NCBI GenBank assembly: GCA_026989455.1
Contig: JALSJH010000019.1
Location: 14,596-78,595, forward strand
Source: Chromatiales bacterium
GTDB taxonomy: Bacteria; Pseudomonadota; Gammaproteobacteria; RBG-16-57-12
DNA: 64,000 bases
Direction: 5' to 3'
Below are positions 30,529 to 39,809 of this stretch, piece by piece. The notes under the pieces were generated by a model, which worked only from the letters and a program-made list of their open reading frames with translations, was not told where the DNA came from and searched no databases. Both the position numbers and the translations under genes were made by a program. How positions within the stretch are numbered: the first letter of the stretch is position 1; the number at the start of each line of letters is the position of its first letter.

Positions 30529-30897
30529 ATGTATTTTGTATTACTGGTGGTGCTGTTAAGTGCTCTCCTGGGTGGCTGTAGTCGTGAGGCGGGTGATGCC
30601 ATGACGACGATTAATTTAGAAGATCGAGCTCAGGGTAAGGTTAAGTCGATCATTATTCGTGGGGGCTGTTTTGGCTGTCATGATGTTAATGAACACCGTT
30701 TTGGCCCTGCGTGGAGTGCGGTGAACGAGCGTTATAAAGATGACCCTGAGGCGGCTCAAAAACTATTTGAAAGTGTGAAGTATGGTAGTGGTGGAAAGTG
30801 GACTGCGGTGTCTGCTAGTGCGGTAATGCCGCCGAATGAGAGCAAGGTGAATGATACGGAAATAGCCGCCGTAGTTGAGTATATTCTTTCGCTATAA
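30529..30897 (+). CDS. Class I c-type cytochrome lipoprotein (c551/c552-like)
   Basis: 122 aa. Lipobox LLGGCS. A single heme-binding CFGCH. Distal Met region AVMPPN. Confidence 0.7.
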   Translation: MYFVLLVVLLSALLGGCSREAGDAMTTINLEDRAQGKVKSIIIRGGCFGCHDVNEHRFGPAWSAVNERYKDDPEAAQKLFESVKYGSGGKWTAVSASAVMPPNESKVNDTEIAAVVEYILSL

Positions 30898-30954
30898 ATT
30901 TTTAGTGCAACGGAGCTGCTTTCTGGCTGAACTCAACTTAAAGGCGAGGGTTGT

Positions 30955-31428
30955 ATGGGGTATCCGTGGCGATTACTGATTGTTGTGTTAACAGTGTCGG
31001 GGTGTGTGGCGGACTCGGAGCGGGGGCGCTCACAGCAAGTCTCTGAAATCGAAAAGCGGATGGTCAAGCAGGATGTCGATAAGGGTGTTGTGGCGGAGCG
31101 GTTGCTACAGGAAGCCAATAATGCCCGAATGGTGGGGGATACCTATCTGGCGATTGATTACACAAAACGGGCTAAGTATTATACCCCGGAAAGCCCAGTG
31201 ATCTGGTTTCAGCTAGCACAGCTTTACCTACAGCAGGGGCGCTACAAAGAGGCTGAGGCGAGTGCGCTGAGAACGATCCGCTACTCTAATAATAGCACTC
31301 AGATACAGGCTAAAGGGTGGCGTTTGATTGAGCAGTCACGGCTGTTATTAGGGCGCGAGGATCGTGCTCAATATGCCGGAACTCGTGCCGCCGAGCTTGA
31401 GCGCGAACAAGTTTTCTTTAAAGATTGA
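30955..31428 (+). CDS. TPR-like lipoprotein, unknown function
   Basis: 157 aa. Lipobox TVSGCV. Helical TPR-like repeats (YLAIDYTKRAKYY, WFQLAQLYLQQGRYKEAE). Confidence 0.5.
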   Translation: MGYPWRLLIVVLTVSGCVADSERGRSQQVSEIEKRMVKQDVDKGVVAERLLQEANNARMVGDTYLAIDYTKRAKYYTPESPVIWFQLAQLYLQQGRYKEAEASALRTIRYSNNSTQIQAKGWRLIEQSRLLLGREDRAQYAGTRAAELEREQVFFKD

Positions 31429-31469
31429 AAAGGTTTCCATCTTTTTTTAAATTGGTTTATAAGACTCTA

Positions 31470-31505
31470 GTACATCAACCCGCCTATATAATAGGGTTGA
31501 TGTAC
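31470..31505 (+). promoter_or_regulatory. Perfect palindrome GTACATCAACCC-N12-GGGTTGATGTAC with TATATAAT in the spacer
   Basis: Read directly. It sits 37 bp upstream of the 31542 ORF. Could be an operator over a -10-like box, or a terminator for the upstream lipoprotein gene. Confidence 0.45.
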
Positions 31506-31541
31506 TAATTACCTATACATTTTATTTGTGAGAAATATCCG

Positions 31542-32045
31542 GTGGGTATCTACGCGGTTGATAAATTAATGAAAGAGGCTCGTACCTTGGCGGCGCAATA
31601 CCGCAAGGCGACGGGTAAGCCGCTAGGAATTAGCAGTGAAATTGCGGAGTATGATGCGGCGCGTTTACTGAATCTTGAGCTCTGTACCGACCGCTCTGCC
31701 GGGTTTGATGCCATTGGTGCGGGTGAGCGGGAAGGGCGGCGTGTTCAAATTAAGGGGCGCGCTATTTTCGATGAGCGCAAATCGGGCCATCGTATTGGTC
31801 AATTGAAGTGTGACAAATCGTGGGATAGCGTAGTACTGGTGATTATGAACTCGGAGTATGAACCCGTCGAGATCTATGAGGCCAGTCGTGATGTTATCGA
31901 TGAGGCGATGGCGGCTAGCCAGAGCAAACGGGCTAACCGTGGTGCGATGACGGTGGCAAAATTCAAAGTGATCAGTGAGCTGGTCTGGTGTGTTGAAACG
32001 GGTGCGATTACGGATGAGGTTCGGGATAGTCACGGTGATGAATAA
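31542..32045 (+). CDS. Hypothetical protein with Mrr-catalytic-like (PD-(D/E)xK-type) motif; putative nuclease
   Basis: 167 aa, GTG start. Contains ...AGFDAIGAGEREGRRVQIKGR..., which resembles the Mrr_cat D...QxK core (cf. GxDGGIDG...vQcKry). No other recognisable domain. Weak SD. Confidence 0.45.
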   Translation: MGIYAVDKLMKEARTLAAQYRKATGKPLGISSEIAEYDAARLLNLELCTDRSAGFDAIGAGEREGRRVQIKGRAIFDERKSGHRIGQLKCDKSWDSVVLVIMNSEYEPVEIYEASRDVIDEAMAASQSKRANRGAMTVAKFKVISELVWCVETGAITDEVRDSHGDE

Positions 32046-32080
32046 GATGTTGAGTTTCAGGGCTGATTGCTGAAAATACC

Positions 32081-34036
32081 ATGCAGAATTGTACTGACAT
32101 ACTGGGCCATGATGGCCCTTTTTCACACCACCTGACAGGCTTTGCACCACGTCTGCAGCAGCAAGAGATGGCTGAGCAGGTTGAGAAGGCGATTAGTGAT
32201 CGCTCGATTTTGGTGGCCGAGGCGGGTACCGGTACGGGCAAAACTTTTGCCTATCTAGTGCCGGCACTGCTTTCATCAGAAAAAGTTATTGTCTCAACCG
32301 GTACCAAAAACCTTCAGGATCAACTCTTTTATCGTGACCTTCCCCTAGTACGCAAAGCGTTACAGCAGCCAGGTAAGGTGGCTCTATTGAAGGGGCGATC
32401 TAACTATCTTTGTCACTACCGGCTTGATCTGTATCGGAATAGTCCTCGCGTTCAAAATCCGGCACTGCACAAAACATTAATCAAAATAAAGCGTTGGAGC
32501 GAAGTCACTAAAAGTGGTGATACCGGTGAGCTGACCGATGTGGCGGAAGATTCGCCACTCTGGCCGTTTGTCACTTCGACGGCGGATAACTGTCTGGGTC
32601 AGGAGTGTCCTAGTATTGCTGATTGCTGTGTGATGAAGGCACGACGTAAAGCACAAGAAGCTGATTTGGTGGTGGTTAATCATCATCTATTTTTTGCCGA
32701 CCTTTCACTGAAGGAGGAGGGGATTGCCGAGTTGTTGCCAGGGGCCAATGCGGTAATCTTTGACGAAGCACACCAACTCCCTGAAGTGGCCAGTAATTTT
32801 TTTGGCCAAGCCTACAGCAGTAATCAACTGCTGGAGCTGGTGAGTGATATCCAGGCTGCCATTGTGGATGAGGCGGTGGATATGCAGCTGCTCGGTAAAC
32901 TGGCTGATCGGCTGGAGTACACGGCAAAACTGTTTCGACGGGTGATGCCCGATAACAGTAACCGCATCACCTGGAAAGTGTGCAGGCAGATCGATGGCGT
33001 GGATGCCGCTCTGAAAGAGATGGGCGAAACACTGGGTGAACTACTGGAACAGCTGGAGGTGGGTGCTGAGCGGGGCAAAGTGTTAGCGAACTGTTTTGAA
33101 CGCTGTGGTGAGTTGTATGAGCGTTTCCAGAAGTTAACCGGGGAGACACCTGAAGGTTTTATCCACTGGGTTGGCGTGTTCAATCGCTCGGTGGTGGTTA
33201 ACCTGACCCCCATGGATATTGCTGATATTTTCAGGGAATATATGAAATCACGCCCCTGCGGTTGGATTTTCACATCCGCTACGCTCACGGTTGCTAACAG
33301 CTTTGAGCATATTTGCAGAACCTTGGGTATCGATGATGCGGTCTCCCATAGCTGGGATAGCCCATTTGATTACATGAACCAGTCGGTTCTCTATATCCCT
33401 ACAGGTCTGCCAGAGCCCTCAAGTAGTGAATATGGTGCAGAAGTGGTGGCGCAGGCGTTGCCGGTGTTACGGGCGAGTGAAGGGCGTGCATTTATGCTGT
33501 TTACCAGCCACCGTGCCCTTCAGGAGGCGGCGGGGTTGCTTGAGGATGAGTTGGATTACCCGCTGTTTATTCAAGGCAGTATGCCGCGTTCACAGCTACT
33601 GGCCAAGTTTCGAAAAACCGCCAATGCTATTTTGCTGGGCACCAGCAGTTTTTGGGAGGGGGTGGATGTGCGTGGCGAGGCGCTCTCTTGTGTGATTATC
33701 GATAAGCTGCCCTTTGCTTCACCGGGTGATCCACTGTTGCAGGCACGTATTGATGCGATTCGTGAACGTGGAGGTAACTCTTTTCGTGACTATCAACTTC
33801 CCCAGGCGGTGATCGCACTGAAGCAAGGGGTGGGGCGGCTGATTCGCGATGTCAATGATCGCGGAGTATTAATGATTTGTGATCCCCGTACGCTGAATAA
33901 ATCCTATGGCAGAATATTTATCGACTCTCTTCCCCGTATGAAACGTACCCGTAACTTAAAGCGTGTGGAGCAGTTCTTTGAGGAACCCCTAAAAGAGCCG
34001 ATAGTAGATTCAAGCGTAGATTCAAGCGCTCAGTGA
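32081..34036 (+). CDS. yoaA: ATP-dependent DNA helicase YoaA (DinG/Rad3 family, Fe-S)
   Basis: 651 aa. VAEAGTGTGKTFAYLVPAL, DEAHQLP, VVNHHLFFAD, the Fe-S Cys cluster (CLGQECPSIADCC), and C-terminal GVGRLIRDVNDRGVLMICD. Collinear with E. coli YoaA and followed by tsaB as in E. coli. Confidence 0.85.
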   Translation: MQNCTDILGHDGPFSHHLTGFAPRLQQQEMAEQVEKAISDRSILVAEAGTGTGKTFAYLVPALLSSEKVIVSTGTKNLQDQLFYRDLPLVRKALQQPGKVALLKGRSNYLCHYRLDLYRNSPRVQNPALHKTLIKIKRWSEVTKSGDTGELTDVAEDSPLWPFVTSTADNCLGQECPSIADCCVMKARRKAQEADLVVVNHHLFFADLSLKEEGIAELLPGANAVIFDEAHQLPEVASNFFGQAYSSNQLLELVSDIQAAIVDEAVDMQLLGKLADRLEYTAKLFRRVMPDNSNRITWKVCRQIDGVDAALKEMGETLGELLEQLEVGAERGKVLANCFERCGELYERFQKLTGETPEGFIHWVGVFNRSVVVNLTPMDIADIFREYMKSRPCGWIFTSATLTVANSFEHICRTLGIDDAVSHSWDSPFDYMNQSVLYIPTGLPEPSSSEYGAEVVAQALPVLRASEGRAFMLFTSHRALQEAAGLLEDELDYPLFIQGSMPRSQLLAKFRKTANAILLGTSSFWEGVDVRGEALSCVIIDKLPFASPGDPLLQARIDAIRERGGNSFRDYQLPQAVIALKQGVGRLIRDVNDRGVLMICDPRTLNKSYGRIFIDSLPRMKRTRNLKRVEQFFEEPLKEPIVDSSVDSSAQ

Positions 34037-34061
34037 ACTCTCAGCCAATAGAAGGTCTTAT

Positions 34062-34742
34062 ATGAGTTGCCATAAAATACTCGCCATTGAAACATCGACG
34101 GCGGCTTGCTCTGCCGCATTACAGATCGGAAATGAGGTGATTGGGGAGTTTGAAATTGCTCCGCGACAACACTCTGAATTGATCATTTCGATGGTAGACA
34201 AGTTGCTTGTTGAGTCGGGATTTTCATTGCGTCAGCTAGATAGCATCGCTTTTTCCCGTGGGCCGGGCGCCTTTACGGGGTTGCGTATTGCTGCGGGTGT
34301 GGTGCAGGGGCTTGCGTTTGCAAGTGACTTGCCGGTTACGCCCGTTTCAACGCTGGCGGCGATGGCTCACGGGGCCTTTCGCGACTACGGCACACAACGG
34401 GTGCTGGTGGCCAATGATGCGAGCATGAAAGAGGTCTATTTTGGTGCGTATTATATTCCTGAGCTTGGCCAAGCAAATTTATTAGACGAAGAGCGCGTGA
34501 TATCCATGGCAGATATCTCCTCGCTGGATGAGGGCGAGTGGCTGGCACTGGGCAATGGTTGGCAGCGTTATGCCGATCAAATACCTGCAGCAGTGGCTGA
34601 TCAGGTGCATAAGAGGGTGATCGAATACTACCCCGATGCAAAAGAGGTGGTAAGCCTAGCACAAGCCCTTTTTTCCAAGGGTGAGTATGTAGCGGCTGAA
34701 GAGGCGATTCCCATCTATTTACGTGACAAGGTTGTGGGTTAA
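34062..34742 (+). CDS. tsaB: tRNA t6A biosynthesis protein TsaB (YeaZ)
   Basis: 226 aa. ILAIETSTAACSAAL..., SRGPGAFTGLRIAAGVVQGLAF. Confidence 0.88.
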   Translation: MSCHKILAIETSTAACSAALQIGNEVIGEFEIAPRQHSELIISMVDKLLVESGFSLRQLDSIAFSRGPGAFTGLRIAAGVVQGLAFASDLPVTPVSTLAAMAHGAFRDYGTQRVLVANDASMKEVYFGAYYIPELGQANLLDEERVISMADISSLDEGEWLALGNGWQRYADQIPAAVADQVHKRVIEYYPDAKEVVSLAQALFSKGEYVAAEEAIPIYLRDKVVG

Positions 34743-34819
34743 GGAAGCTCTGAACAAGTCATGAATGTTTTATGCTGGCTGAAATTGCCTACATTTATCC
34801 AGACTTAATTAGAGACTTC
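34743..34819 (+). repeat. Miniature inverted-repeat element, short form, copy 4 (forward)
   Basis: GGAAGCTCTGAACAAGTCATGAATGTTTTATGCTGGCTGAAATTGCCTACATTTATCCAGACTTAATTAGAGACTTC. Begins at the nucleotide after the tsaB TAA stop. Confidence 0.75.
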
Positions 34820-34849
34820 TTAATGGGCCGAGTAAAGTGGTGATAACGG

Positions 34850-36055
34850 ATGTTTAAAAGAGAGTGGCCCTTGAAACAGTTGATAACAGTTTTAATGCTT
34901 GGCGGATTGTTGATGCTGGTGGGATGTTCGAGTATTCCGGACCATCGTTCAGATGCTGCGCGTTACTCTGCCCCCATCTCTGAGTTGGATGTTTATAGTC
35001 TGATGACCACTCGTCAGGCTGGGCGTATTAATTTCAGTGGCAAAAATCTTACACGCCTGACCATGAATAATGCCGATTTTTCCGGTGTGAAGTTTGTTGA
35101 GTCGTACCTCGGTTTTACCGAGCTACGCCGCACCAAGTTGGAGAATGCCGATTTTTCAGGTGCTAATTTGCACCATGTGGATCTTCGGGGGGCTAATTTG
35201 CGTTATGCCTCGTTGCGCGATGCCATGCTGCGTTATGCGGATCTCAGTGGTGCTGATTTAACCGGTGCTGATTTGACCGGTGCGGATCTGCGCGGCGCAA
35301 AACTGAATAGGACAATTTTTGATGGAACCATTTTGGTTGAAACTGATTTTATCGATGCAGAGATTCATCGTGCAAAATTTAGTAATGTAGAGTTTCGCTA
35401 TACTCGCTTTAAAAATGCGTCACTGGATTACTCTGTCTTTAAGGAGGTCATTTTCAATGATGGAATTTATGTTGGTGCATCTATGGTGAGTGTGGTGATG
35501 CGTAAAGCTAATCTATTTCTTATCGAGATGGAAAATGTTGATTTCACTCGGGCTAACTTTCGCGGAGCAAGTTTTGAGAGAGCTAAATTCACTAAGGTTA
35601 AATTTGACCGGGCTGATTTGAGTCATGCCTATCTGCATGCAACTACATTTAAAGATAACTCCATGCGGGGTGTGAATCTTCGCCATAGCAGGGCCATCTC
35701 TTCCAATTTTACAGGTAGTAATTTGGAGGGTGCTAATCTTTATAGAATGGATGCTACAAGGGCAAATTTTGTCTGGACAAATTTGAATAATGTGAAGGCC
35801 TCCGAGGCTAATTTTGAGTCGGCAAATATGAATAACGCCAGTATGCGTAACAGTGACTTTCGCCGTGCAAGATTCGTGGGTTCTAACCTGATCTCCTCCT
35901 CTTTTGCATATAGTGACTTGAGTGAGGCTGATTTTCTGAAGTCTGATATTCGTGGTGTTGACTTTACCGGGGCAAAACTTTTTCGGGTAAAAAACCTTGA
36001 TGATGTGAATGGCTTAAAGAAAACAAGAAACCTTGATCCTTCCACTATTTTGTAA
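34850..36055 (+). CDS. Pentapeptide-repeat lipoprotein
   Basis: 401 aa. Lipobox LMLVGCSS. More than 40 tandem A(D/N)LxG-type pentapeptide repeats (ADLSGADLTGADLTGADLRGAKL...). Confidence 0.8.
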   Translation: MFKREWPLKQLITVLMLGGLLMLVGCSSIPDHRSDAARYSAPISELDVYSLMTTRQAGRINFSGKNLTRLTMNNADFSGVKFVESYLGFTELRRTKLENADFSGANLHHVDLRGANLRYASLRDAMLRYADLSGADLTGADLTGADLRGAKLNRTIFDGTILVETDFIDAEIHRAKFSNVEFRYTRFKNASLDYSVFKEVIFNDGIYVGASMVSVVMRKANLFLIEMENVDFTRANFRGASFERAKFTKVKFDRADLSHAYLHATTFKDNSMRGVNLRHSRAISSNFTGSNLEGANLYRMDATRANFVWTNLNNVKASEANFESANMNNASMRNSDFRRARFVGSNLISSSFAYSDLSEADFLKSDIRGVDFTGAKLFRVKNLDDVNGLKKTRNLDPSTIL

Positions 36056-36073
36056 TGTCGCTATAATCAATGG

Positions 36074-36379
36074 ATGCGTATTGGCGATAATAATTCCTCT
36101 TTTTATGGCTTAGGCCATCAGACTCCTGCCGTTACCAAGCCAGCGGTTGCCGAATTACCCCAAAAACCTACAGCATCACCTCCTGTGCCAGTGTCACCCA
36201 TTGATGAGGCAAAAAAACAGCAGCTGTTACAGCGTTACCTGCAGACGGAGAGAGTGGATGATGGGGTGCTCAGCTCAAGCTACTCGCAACAGCGAGCAGT
36301 GGAGAGGTATAGCCAGCAGGCGCAACAAGATGAGTTGCAGCAGCTGCAGGCTGTGCTGGGTATCGATGAATATGCTTAG
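36074..36379 (+). CDS. Q-rich hypothetical small protein (doubtful)
   Basis: 101-aa ORF with no obvious SD and a low-complexity Pro/Gln-rich sequence. Kept only as possible. Confidence 0.3.
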   Translation: MRIGDNNSSFYGLGHQTPAVTKPAVAELPQKPTASPPVPVSPIDEAKKQQLLQRYLQTERVDDGVLSSSYSQQRAVERYSQQAQQDELQQLQAVLGIDEYA

Positions 36380-36395
36380 GCCGAACTCGGCCAGC

Positions 36396-36454
36396 TGCCT
36401 AAATGGACGCAGGCAAGGGGCGATAGCAGATAGCAGGACGCGGTAGTTTTGATC
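36396..36454 (+). repeat. Short dispersed repeat, family 2 (about 55 bp; second copy at 10692-10744)
   Basis: GCCTAAATGGACGCAGGCAAGGGGCGATAGCA(GATAGCA)GGACGCGGTAGTTTTGATCC versus 10692 GCCTACATGGACGCAGGTAAGAGGCGCTAGCAGGACGCGGTAGCTTTGACTC. Confidence 0.55.
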
Positions 36455-36500
36455 CCACCAGAGTTGCGCAATCCTTGCGCAAATTTACGAAGTATCCAGA

Positions 36501-37226
36501 TTAAAAGCGAAAGCCCAGTTTGGCGCTGTAGCTGCTGTAACCGCCAGTTTTGTCTGATTCAACGGCAATGTTCAATAGCCCCAAGTTGATATTAATACCC
36601 GCGTAGAGCTTACTTTGCGAGAAGTCGACACTGTCCAGTGCTGTCGAGTCAATATCACTGCTGGTCCAGACTCGCCCGATGCCTGCGTAGGGGGTTAGCA
36701 TCAAAAAGCCTTTTGATATGGAAAGGTCAAGGCTGCGAGTGCTCATTTCGTAGTTATCGACTCCGGTCAGGGAGGTGCCCGCAAGGCGTATGCCCACAGC
36801 GGGTGTTACGGTGCCACCATCCAAGATTGCATAACGTAGCTCATAGCCTGTTAGTTGGATATTGGTGCTGGGGATTGCGCTGATAAAGGCACCCACATCA
36901 ATGCCGAAGGGTAGGCCGACATGGGCGTGTAATTTTGGAATGATAATGGCGCTGGGCGCATCATTACCGAAAGCGTCGTTGAAAACACTATCATTGTCTA
37001 TTGTGGTGCTGCTCACCTCTAAGCCCACATCAAAACCAAAGGGTAGTAAACCGCTGGAGAGCGCCTCAGCGGGAGTGACGGCTTTATAACTCATCGCAGC
37101 ACTTAAGTTTTCTGATAGCTCTTTAAACTCAGCTTGAACGGTCATTGAGTCCAAATTGAGGTCGGCGGCCATGGCGGAAGAGCTGGCGGCCAGTAGTGAA
37201 ACGGCGCAAAGGTGACGAAGCTTCAT
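36501..37226 (-). CDS. Outer-membrane beta-barrel protein (small porin/OmpW-like)
   Basis: 241 aa. Signal peptide ...SSSAMA|AD. Alternating amphipathic beta-strands. C-terminal ...AKLGFRF ends in the aromatic Phe typical of OMPs. Confidence 0.6.
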   Translation of the reverse strand: MKLRHLCAVSLLAASSSAMAADLNLDSMTVQAEFKELSENLSAAMSYKAVTPAEALSSGLLPFGFDVGLEVSSTTIDNDSVFNDAFGNDAPSAIIIPKLHAHVGLPFGIDVGAFISAIPSTNIQLTGYELRYAILDGGTVTPAVGIRLAGTSLTGVDNYEMSTRSLDLSISKGFLMLTPYAGIGRVWTSSDIDSTALDSVDFSQSKLYAGININLGLLNIAVESDKTGGYSSYSAKLGFRF

Positions 37227-37302
37227 AAATCTTCTCCTGAATATAGGCGGATAAACGGTTGATAAGGTACAGTCGCATATTAGCAGTTTGCCTAAAGTGC
37301 TG

Positions 37303-38301
37303 TCACTTTTCTGTGAGTGAGGCCACCATTCGATAAAAACTGTTAATGCGTCGAGGTGTTATAGCGCCCGAATCGGCGGCGACTTGAATGGCGCAACCGG
37401 GTTCCGCTTGATGACGGCAATTTCGGAAGCGACAGTTACCAATATAAGGCTTTAACTCTAAAAAGCCTTCCGCCACTTGCTCTTCGGTAATTTCCCACAA
37501 ACCAAATTCACGTATGCCGGGTGAGTCGATTAGATCGCCGCCCTGTGGCAGGTGATAAAGGGTTGAGGCGGTTGTGGTATGGCGTCCTTTACCAGACCCC
37601 TCGGAGAGTGCACCGATACGAATTATCTGCTCGGGGAAAAGTATTTTAATCAGCGATGACTTGCCAACACCGGAGTGGCCAACAAAAATAGAGGTACGGT
37701 CTTTAAGTTGTTTTATCAGCTCATCCATACCATTTAAAATAACCGCGCTGGTATAGATGATTTGGTAGCCCAATTGATGGTAGATGGCCAATTGCTTCTC
37801 TATAATTGGACGGCTCTGTTCAGTGATTAAATCCGTTTTGTTGACCACAATGACCGGGGTGATGCCGGTGGCCTCAGCGGCCACCAGATAACGATCAATC
37901 AGCCCGGGGCTGATCTCTGGGTAGGTGGCGCAAGTGATCATTATCTGATCAATGTTTGCAGCAATTAGTTTTTTTCGGCCTTGAAAATCAGGGCGAGCCA
38001 GTAAACTATGGCGGGGCATTACTGCGCAGATTACCCCCGAGGTTTCATTTTCAGCCTGCCAGATGACACGATCGCCACACACCAGCTCACCTATGTTTTG
38101 GCGTAATTTACAGCGAACCATTTCGCCATCGGCTCCCTCCACATCCACCGTTTTGCCAAAACGGGTAACCACCAGCCCCTGCTGTTCTGTACCCAGTGAG
38201 ACGTTTTCTATGTTTTCTTGTTTTGCCGCACGCTCAAGGCGTTTCTCTTGAATGCGCTGTGTGTGGCGGCGTTGATTGTGGGTGAGTTTACGCTTGCCCA
38301 T
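37303..38301 (-). CDS. rsgA: Ribosome small-subunit-dependent GTPase A (RsgA/YjeQ)
   Basis: 332 aa. Circularly permuted GTPase (NKTDL ... VGHSGVGKSSLI), a C-terminal zinc-finger Cys cluster, and the basic N-terminus of gammaproteobacterial RsgA. Confidence 0.9.
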   Translation of the reverse strand: MGKRKLTHNQRRHTQRIQEKRLERAAKQENIENVSLGTEQQGLVVTRFGKTVDVEGADGEMVRCKLRQNIGELVCGDRVIWQAENETSGVICAVMPRHSLLARPDFQGRKKLIAANIDQIMITCATYPEISPGLIDRYLVAAEATGITPVIVVNKTDLITEQSRPIIEKQLAIYHQLGYQIIYTSAVILNGMDELIKQLKDRTSIFVGHSGVGKSSLIKILFPEQIIRIGALSEGSGKGRHTTTASTLYHLPQGGDLIDSPGIREFGLWEITEEQVAEGFLELKPYIGNCRFRNCRHQAEPGCAIQVAADSGAITPRRINSFYRMVASLTEK

Positions 38302-39545
38302 TATTTGGCCGACTCTTTCAGGTGCTGGATGCGGATCGCAGCAGGTGGATGTGAGTAGTGAAACCCGGCGTAGAGTGGGTCTGGGGTCAGAGTGCTGGCG
38401 TTATCTTTGTAGAGTGCAACCAGCGCATCAATCAGATGTTTGGGTTCACACTGTTGTGCGGCAAAGGTATCTGCTTCAAATTCATGTTTGCGCATCATTA
38501 ATGACGAAATGGGTGCCATAAAGAAGGTGAAGCTTGGCAGTACCAACATAAACAGCATTAATGCGGTATAGGTTGAGGGTGTTGAAACCCCCAGTCCGTG
38601 GAAAAACCACGGCTGTTGCATCAGCCAGCCCAGTAGGGCTAATCCGAGCAGGGAGGAGATCGCCATGGTAAAAAGTCGCTTTGTGACGTGGCGATGTTTG
38701 AAGTGGCCCAGTTCGTGTGCTAAAACGGCTTCAATTTGGTCGTGGTTAAGGCTTTTCAGTAGGGTATCGAAAAAGACGATACGCTTGCTGCCGCCTAGCC
38801 CGGTGAAGTAGGCGTTGCCGTGACTGGAGCGGGTGGAGCCATCCATCACAAAAATACCATCGCTTTGAAAACCGTTGCGTTCAAGTAGCTGTTCGATACG
38901 TTGGCGTAGCGCCGCATCTTCCAGTGGTGAAAATTTATTGAATAGGGGGGCGATGACCGCAGGGTAGAGCCACATCATTACCAGCGTAAAGAGCGACCAA
39001 ACGGCCCAAGCATAGAGCCACCACAGGCTGCCCGCGTTATCCATCAGCCAAAGTATTACCCACAGCAGCGGTAACCCTAGTAGCAGCGACAGGAGTAACT
39101 GCTTGGCGAAATCAGATAAAAACAGCCTGGGGGTTGTGCGGTTGAAACCAAAGCGTTGCTCTATTTTAAAGGTTTGGTAGGCGTTACTGGGTAGGTCGAT
39201 TATGGTCATTAATATTGAAGTGGCCAGTATGAAAATGACACCACTGATGATTTGATTCAGCCCCAGATGCTGTACCTGTTGGTCAAGAAACTCCAGCCCT
39301 CCGCCTAGCGTCCATGCAAATAGCAATAGCGTACCCAGTGTGAGTTCAAACATCTCGAAACGGGTCTTGGTGGTGGTGTATTCAGCGGCTTTTTGGTGTG
39401 CCTCAAGGGTGATCTCTTGTTTGAAAGCCTCGGGCACACTGTTTTTGTGGTGTTGCATATGGCGCAGGTGGCGCATCGAGAGCCAAAACTGTAGAAAAAG
39501 AGCGATAAATGCGCTGCATATAAACAAAAGGGTAAAATTATTCAT
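38301..39545 (-). CDS. M48-family zinc metallopeptidase (Ste24/HtpX-like, N-terminal multi-TM)
   Basis: 414 aa. HELGHFKHRH zinc motif, N-terminal TM helices. Overlaps the rsgA start by 1 nt. Confidence 0.8.
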   Translation of the reverse strand: MNNFTLLFICSAFIALFLQFWLSMRHLRHMQHHKNSVPEAFKQEITLEAHQKAAEYTTTKTRFEMFELTLGTLLLFAWTLGGGLEFLDQQVQHLGLNQIISGVIFILATSILMTIIDLPSNAYQTFKIEQRFGFNRTTPRLFLSDFAKQLLLSLLLGLPLLWVILWLMDNAGSLWWLYAWAVWSLFTLVMMWLYPAVIAPLFNKFSPLEDAALRQRIEQLLERNGFQSDGIFVMDGSTRSSHGNAYFTGLGGSKRIVFFDTLLKSLNHDQIEAVLAHELGHFKHRHVTKRLFTMAISSLLGLALLGWLMQQPWFFHGLGVSTPSTYTALMLFMLVLPSFTFFMAPISSLMMRKHEFEADTFAAQQCEPKHLIDALVALYKDNASTLTPDPLYAGFHYSHPPAAIRIQHLKESAK

Positions 39546-39809
39546 AGGGTGAAAGATGGTTTCTGGCAGTGGATTTTCAATGCCCTAATTCCCGGGTAAA
39601 AATGCAAGATAATGTGTAACATATTGATTCCACGGTGAAACAAAAAATAGGAATCGCCTCCATTGGTTCGGCGGCTATTTTTTGTTTTGCTGTGGGATCA
39701 AGCGCTTGAGCAGCATGCGTGTTTCTATCCGGGGATTAGGGTAATAACCAAGCAGGGTAGCCTCTGTTACAATGGTTAGCAACTCATTAAGGCGAGTAAC
39801 AGGCGAGAG

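Noticed and set aside
32070-32086. Possible LexA (SOS) box CTGAAAATACCATGCAG at the yoaA start
   Set aside because: It is CTG-N11-CAG (17 bp) rather than CTGT-N8-ACAG (16 bp). Spacing off by one and half-sites imperfect, so not called.
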